A stretch of 61,435 nucleotides of DNA, from contig NIVC01004081.1 of the NCBI GenBank assembly GCA_002269645.1, positions 1 through 61,435 on the forward strand, read 5' to 3'. The notes below the pieces were generated by a model. The model saw only the letters and a list, made by a program, of their open reading frames with translations. It made no database searches and was not told the origin of the DNA. The position numbers were made by a program, and so were the translations under genes. The stretch comes from Macrostomum lignano. Taxonomy: Eukaryota. The stretch's first letter is position 1. The number at the start of each line of letters is the position of its first letter. Positions 55,464 to 61,435 of the stretch are shown here, piece after piece.

Positions 55464-56525
55464 GGCCTGTGGTACCTGCTCGGCGCGCACCGGACACCAC
55501 CGGACGGGCCAGAAGCCGAGCAATTGATTAACTACACGGATTTTCTCAAGGTGCGCCAGGCTGCCGGGCCAAAATGCGCGCCCTTCTTCCGACCGAGAGT
55601 GTTCGCCAAGCTGCTGCAGGACGACCCGTACGGCCGCATTAACATAATGAGCCTGTTTAACTACATAATGAAAAAAGTGTGGCTGCACCAGACTCGAATC
55701 GGCCTATCCCTGTACGACTTCTCTGGCCAGGGTTACCTGAGAGAGACTGACCTTGAGAACTACATTACCGAGTTAATTCCCACCTTGCCGCAGTTAAGCA
55801 AATTGGAAAAATTATTTCACAGTTTCTACGTTTGCACGGCTGTTAGAAAGTTTTTCTTCTTCTTAGACCCGCTGCGAACTGGCCGGATTAAAATCTCGGA
55901 CATTCTGGCCAGTTCTTTTCTTGACGACCTGCTAGAGCTGCGAGACGAGGAACTGTCCGAGGCTGCCCAGAGCAGCAACTGGTTCAGCGCTTTGAATGCC
56001 CTGCGCGTGTACGGGACGTTTCTTAATCTGGACAAGGACGAGAACGGCATGCTGAGCAAGTCTGAGCTGGCCAAGTACGGCACTGGCACCCTCACTGAGG
56101 TGTTTCTCGATCGCCTGTTCCAGGAGTGCCTGACGTACGAGGGCGAGCTGGACTATAAGTCCTATCTGGACTTTGTGCTTGGCATGGAGAACAAGGCCGA
56201 GCCGCAGTCTCTGCAGTATTTCTTCCGCATACTAGACATTGACGGCTCCGGCTCGCTCACTGTCTGGACGCTGAATTTCTTCTTTCGTGGTATTCAACAG
56301 AAATTGCGCGAGCACGGCATGGAGCCGCCGAAATTGAGCGACTTGCAGAATGAAATCTTCGACATGGTCAGGCCGGCTGATCCCTACAAGATCACTCTTG
56401 ACGATCTGGTTCGCTGCGGCCAGGGCGACACTGTTGTTAATATTCTCATCGATTTGAACGGCTTCTGGAGCTACGAGAGTCGAGAAATGATTGTGGCCGA
56501 TGTGCCGGAAGAGGCCGAGCTTTGA
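55464..56525 (+). CDS. PPP2R3C: PP2A regulatory subunit B'' gamma, exon 2 (EF-hand region to stop)
   Basis: KVWLHQTRIGLSLYD, FYVCTAVRKFFFFLDPLRTG, LDDLLELRDEEL and ILIDLNGFWSYE are PPP2R3C motifs; acceptor gtgcag|GGC phase 0. Confidence 0.96.
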   Translation, partial: GLWYLLGAHRTPPDGPEAEQLINYTDFLKVRQAAGPKCAPFFRPRVFAKLLQDDPYGRINIMSLFNYIMKKVWLHQTRIGLSLYDFSGQGYLRETDLENYITELIPTLPQLSKLEKLFHSFYVCTAVRKFFFFLDPLRTGRIKISDILASSFLDDLLELRDEELSEAAQSSNWFSALNALRVYGTFLNLDKDENGMLSKSELAKYGTGTLTEVFLDRLFQECLTYEGELDYKSYLDFVLGMENKAEPQSLQYFFRILDIDGSGSLTVWTLNFFFRGIQQKLREHGMEPPKLSDLQNEIFDMVRPADPYKITLDDLVRCGQGDTVVNILIDLNGFWSYESREMIVADVPEEAEL

Positions 56526-56659
56526 TTCTCAGCTGCAGATTCACTTTTATTGTCCACGCAATTGGGGTGGAATGAGTTGACAATATTCTTTCGGCCCATC
56601 TCAGTAGAATCACAGGGACACCTGTTTCATGTAATGTAGTTATATGGTGTATGCATGCT

Positions 56660-57320
56660 ATTCCATGAATTAGGAGTGGTGTGTTACCATAGTATTGCAT
56701 GAATTAGGAGTGGTTTGTTACCATAGTATTGCATGAATTAGGAGTGGTGTGTTACCATACTATTGCATGAATTAGGAGTGGTGTGTTACCATACTATTGC
56801 ATGAATTAGGAGTGGTGTGTTACCATGCTATTGCATGAATTAGGAGTGGTGTGTTACCATACTATTGCATGAATTAGGAGTGGTGTGTTACCATAGTATT
56901 CCATGAATTAGGAGTGGTGTGTTACCATACTATTCCATGAATTAGGAGTGGTGTGTTACCATACTATTGCATGAATTAGGGGTGGTGTGTTACCATAGTA
57001 TTGCATGAATTAGGAGTGGTGTGTTACCATACTATTGCATGAATTAGGAGTGGTGTGTTACCATACTATTGCATGAATTAGGAGTGGTGTGTTACTATAC
57101 TATTGCATGAATTAGGAGTGGTGTGTTACTATACTATTGCATGAATTAGGAGTGGTGTGTTACCATACTATTTTATGAATTAGGAGTGGTGTGTTACCAT
57201 ACTATTGCATGAATTAGGAGTGGTGTGTTACCATACTATTTTATGAATTAGGAGTGGTGTGTTACCATACTATTGCATGAATTAGGAGTGGTGTGTTACC
57301 ATACTATTGCATTAATTAGG
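56660..57320. repeat. 34-bp minisatellite (CATGAATTAGGAGTGGTGTGTTACCATACTATTG)n just downstream of the PPP2R3C stop
   Basis: About 19 units visible. Confidence 0.96.
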
Positions 57321-60016
57321 TATGACCATTCGACTGTAATATGCCAATTTTAGTCTTATCAGTCTTACACTACTGTAAAATAATTAGTATACAATTTTTT
57401 TGCCGTCCCAACTCCATTGAGTTTTTATTTACCGATCATTCTTACACTGCATGCTGTCTGTATATGTAATATTTTAATTCAAAGGCTGGCCTTTGTGCTA
57501 AACTTAGATCTGCTACTTTTTTAACCTCGCGGTGATCGTTTGGGTCTTTTTATTTTTCTTGCAATCTGCATGTGCTCTTAACTGCAACTTTTATTTAGAC
57601 AATTCGCTTTGTCGCGGCTATTTTACTTTATTAATTCGATTTTGCTTTTAACTATTAAATAAATCGCTGAATGCTTAAACGGAGTATATCTCTGCTGGCA
57701 TCAATTGAGATGGCTGGCTTTGTTTGACTGTGGTAAGTACATTGTTTACTGCGTTGTTTTAAATCTCAATTCAGTTTAGCGTTCAATGAAGTTTATTAAT
57801 TTAAGAATCGCTAATAAACCTCTCAAATTCTAGATATAAAAGCATTCAAAATATTAATGCATTCAACTAAGCTTAGTTTAGATAGTGCAGTACATGTGTA
57901 GTGTATTTTAGTCAGTATGCCCTCATGCATGTATTTTCAAAACCACACCGAGGTCAACTTATTTTGTTATAGCATTGCCCTTTTGTTATAGCACCAACTG
58001 TCCTGCTCTGTAGTTTTGTTCCAGTTCAGTACGTTGAAGATCATTCCATTGACAACCGTGCAATTACGGAACACATACCTGCACATGTACATGAGGGTTG
58101 TTGATTAGGTCTTGCTGAGCTGTATTATAGCGGTTTGAATATGCGCACGTGAGTTCACAGGTTTTATACGTATACTGTTTTAAAAAGCAAATTGAACCAT
58201 TTCCATACATGTAATTGTAAGCATAACATAATTTACTAAAGGATCAAAGCCACTACGTGCGTGTCGCTACATGAACGGTTAAATGCGCGCCCTTATGTTC
58301 CAACAATAATTAACCAAGGACCACTAGAATTAAGTTACCGTTATATCAACGGTAAACTTCTAGCTTCTAAGTCCTTGTAATTAACATACTTGCCCTGATC
58401 GACAACAATCAACAAAAATGCAGTATACATCATCTAAACACTAACGACTGAACCTATTATTATGCTATTAGTATTTACGCTTAGTAACGATTTACAAATT
58501 TGCATGTCTACGATGCCAATAGCCAAACTGCTTAAGTAGTCTAGCTCGTATAATAGATATATTAACTTCCAGACTCAATAAAATTAGTTTTTGAGTCCAC
58601 AAATAGTAAATAATGTTAATTATAAAAGCAGTTTAATTTTTCCGAAATATTTTCTTTGTTTTGTCGCGTAGGAATCTAGGCACGCTTAATCTATATTTCA
58701 GTTTATCAAACCGAAATGAATTTCGAATTCGTGTTAATGCAACAGGAAGGAATTAGTAAAAATTGTCTAGTGACGGACGTAGAGGGCTTGAACTCATATT
58801 GGAATTTCATATATTTGATTTTAAGCATCTAATAACTATCGTTTCACATGTTTTATGATTTTTGTGAGCAACGTAAAACGTATGACTATTAAACTAAGCC
58901 ATGTAGCTTTAGAGTCTAGGTCTAGGATAGGATCCAGCATTTTATGATTTAACTTGATGGATGGAAGGTTGTTGTTTAATATAAAAATTTAACAAAAATA
59001 AATTAGCCTTCAATCATAACGTTATTTATTAGTGAGCATATCCATTGCAGTAATGGCTGGCACTGGAGCAATGAACCCCACTTTTTTCATGAAATAAGGC
59101 CATGCCAGGCATGCCTTATTGTTGTTTACTGTATATTGTATACTATATACTGGAAACTTTAATTTTTATTTTTAGTCTTTTTTATCAAGCCTACTGGCCT
59201 CATCACTTGTTGAAACGTTCCTATATCTGAAATTTAAAATGCACTTCATTTAGTTTGTTATTTATGCATATATGCAAGCAGGATATTGTATGGTTGAGCT
59301 GAAATTATTTTTGAAGAAGTCATAATAAACCACTGAAACTAGCAAAAAATTCTACCTAAATTTAGCACTTTAGAAGAAAAAAATTGGCCTATATATCATT
59401 TACTGCACTAAAATATTTCATGGATAAATTTAGAAGAATTACAGAATTTTGCAGAGTTCCCTAAATCGTAGAGTTGACTTCTTGAGTCCTTTCTATAGTT
59501 TGAAATAAAAATTTTAATGTCAACTATACATTTACACAATAGTTGCTATTTAAATCCTCAAAATCATAATTTTGAACTAAAAAACTTTTTTAAAGAAAGT
59601 TGTCTCTTCAAGGATTTGCATTGCTAAAATCTCAGTAAAAATGAGTCCTTCAGTTGGGCTAAAACTTCTTGGTATTGATAAAAAGTAGGTAGACACGGGA
59701 GATATTATATTTAAAGGATGTTCGGCGACGACTGCTATTTTTGCTATTTTGCTATATGCAATTTTAATGCTTGTATGTTTGCAAAACATTTGCGAATTTT
59801 TTTTCATTAGTTTCTGCACAGTAATGAATTTATAAATCATAATATACCTTGCCGGTACTTATTAATAAACTTTGCCAATACTAACTTCATACACGTTGTA
59901 TACATGGTGTACTTTTATGCATACAATTATAAGCACATGAGGACCCACTGCATCTTCAATAACAAAACTGCGACCTTCGTATCTCCGCAGTCCTGCAGAC
60001 CAACCGCCCAGCCAGA

Positions 60017-60697
60017 ATGCCTGTCGCTGACCTCAACAGCTGGCTGGCAGAGTACCAGCGCCTCATCAACTCTGACAGTCCGCTGGACGCAATCCGCGAG
60101 TTCGCCTCCCGCAGCCGAGCTGACTTGGCCCTGTTCGACGCTCTGGAGCAGCGCCTGGATGCCTGCCAGGACCACCGCCTGGCTGAGCCCGTCTGCTCCC
60201 GCCTGTTTGAGTTCTTCAAGCACCCCGAGCCGCAGCTGCACCGCCTGACAGTGGAGCTGCTGCCCTGCCTCATCGTTGCCTACCTCCGAGCTGTCCACCG
60301 CCGCCAGTGGCTGGCCCTGTCCGGCGACTCCGACGACGAGGCGGCAGCGGCCGACTGGGTGCGCTGGTACGACCTGATGGAGACCCTCGTGCTCGGCCTG
60401 TACAACCTGAGTGTCGCCGAGCCGGCCTCCGCCAGCTCCGCCGACCAGCTGGCGTCGGTGCCCGGCCTCGGCCGGTCTTCGATCTACCATTCGGCCGCGG
60501 CTCGGCCCGGCCAGAGGAACTGGGCTCGCCTGCGCCAGTGGCCGCGCCGTCCGGCCAGCCGGATTCACCACGAGAATCGGCAGGCCGTGCTGGCCAGCTG
60601 ATGGGGGTGTACACAGACCGGCTGCTTGGACTGTCCGAGCGGAGCCTGCGCTCCTGTCTGGCCGCAGTTGGCCAGCTGTGCGACCTGGGCGGCCAAG
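60017..60697 (+). CDS. FAM126: Hyccin/FAM126-like protein (PI4KA complex subunit), first coding exon with an apparent frameshift near 60594; 3' exons unresolved
   Basis: WLAEY, EPVCSRLFEFFKHPEPQLHRLTVELLPCLIVAYL, METLVLGLYNL, PGLGRSSIYH and ENRQAVL match hyccin (WLSEF, EPVCHQLFEFYRS, EALLLGVYNL, PSLSKPSVYH, QNRFEVL); similarity continues in a shifted frame (LMGVYTDRLLGLSERSLRSCL); end at a possible donor AAG|GTCGG is uncertain. Confidence 0.82.
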
Positions 60698-61435
60698 GTC
60701 GGACGCGTCTGTAGTTTGGTTTGTCGGATTGTGCCGGTTGTACTGGGCTTTGAGTTCGTCTTCTGATGGTGCAACAATATTTCGAAGCAGCAACTTCTTA
60801 GAGCTGGGCCATTGTCACATGGGCTGGAAGCTCCACAGAATGGTCAGCTCGTAGATTCTATTTGTAGCAGAGGATTGTTACTTACTATTGGCGGGGGCGC
60901 AGGTGCCAATACCCAAAGGTAAAAGAAACTATGGTTTAATCTTGTTAGAAGAGGCATCGGCGACCATCATCCGGCCGGTATCTCAGACAAAGGCACGAAG
61001 ATCACGGATGTTGTCCGGGATGGTCAGCTCGTCCATCCGCTGGTGGTGGCGAGGTGCTTGCGCGCGCCGCATTGAAGTTAGTACAGAGATTTTTGTTGAC
61101 GCAGACTAGGATATAACGGTTGTGAATTTTCGCGTTTGTGAAACCACCCCTGCAATCCACCCTCTTTACTACGGGTTTGACTTTCGTTTTAAGCTACTTT
61201 CTTCCGATTTTCAAAGCTGGCCTTGGGTTTTTTGTGCTGTTCACGTTCACGGCTGCATACGCAGGGGACAGTGAACTGGGCATACCTGCTTAGCCCAGAA
61301 GCCTCCCTGCGGCTAGCCAGCTAATAGCTGAAATCCTTCCGCCCGACAGACTCTGCTGTTGCAGTGGTCCGTCACGCTGCCTACGCTGTGATGCACAGCC
61401 GGCAGGGCGTCCCGGCCCCGGCACGGACGGCGGCA

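Noticed and set aside
59927-61100. 288-aa minus-strand ORF and the repeated ATGGTCAGCTCGT motif near 60840 and 61020
   Set aside because: The ORF is mostly the GC-rich antisense shadow of the hyccin exon. The 13-bp repeat gave no coherent gene model.
61217-61435. Possible downstream hyccin exons (e.g. VRHAAYAVMHSRQG after ttgcag|)
   Set aside because: Similarity is too weak and the frame is ambiguous; it is cut by the window edge.

Overview
Eukaryotic (metazoan) genomic DNA, about 36% tandem repeat by my rough tally. The style resembles a free-living flatworm such as Macrostomum, but that is inference only. Four genes are supported: (1) the 5' part of a class B1 (secretin/PTH/calcitonin-type) GPCR on the minus strand, running off the left edge; (2) a 3-exon NDUFA11-like Tim17-family gene (minus); (3) a 2-exon PPP2R3C gene (plus); (4) a hyccin/FAM126-like gene (plus, one frameshift, 3' end unresolved). 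The main finding is that the GPCR has two complete, divergent hormone-binding-domain exons in tandem (2352-2715 and 792-1210). They have homologous starts and the same splice phases (1 in, 0 out), so either could splice onto the same TM1 exon, which suggests a receptor with swappable ligand-binding domains. The upstream copy has a 1-nt frameshift (assembly error or pseudoexon). Also present: more than 20 mini/microsatellite arrays, a 6.2-kb 16-bp satellite with internal block duplications, four copies of a tRNA-derived SINE-like element, a long-TIR mariner relic with a triplicated left end, and two hAT-type non-autonomous elements with 8-bp TSDs. All coordinates were read by eye, and repeat boundaries are approximate.
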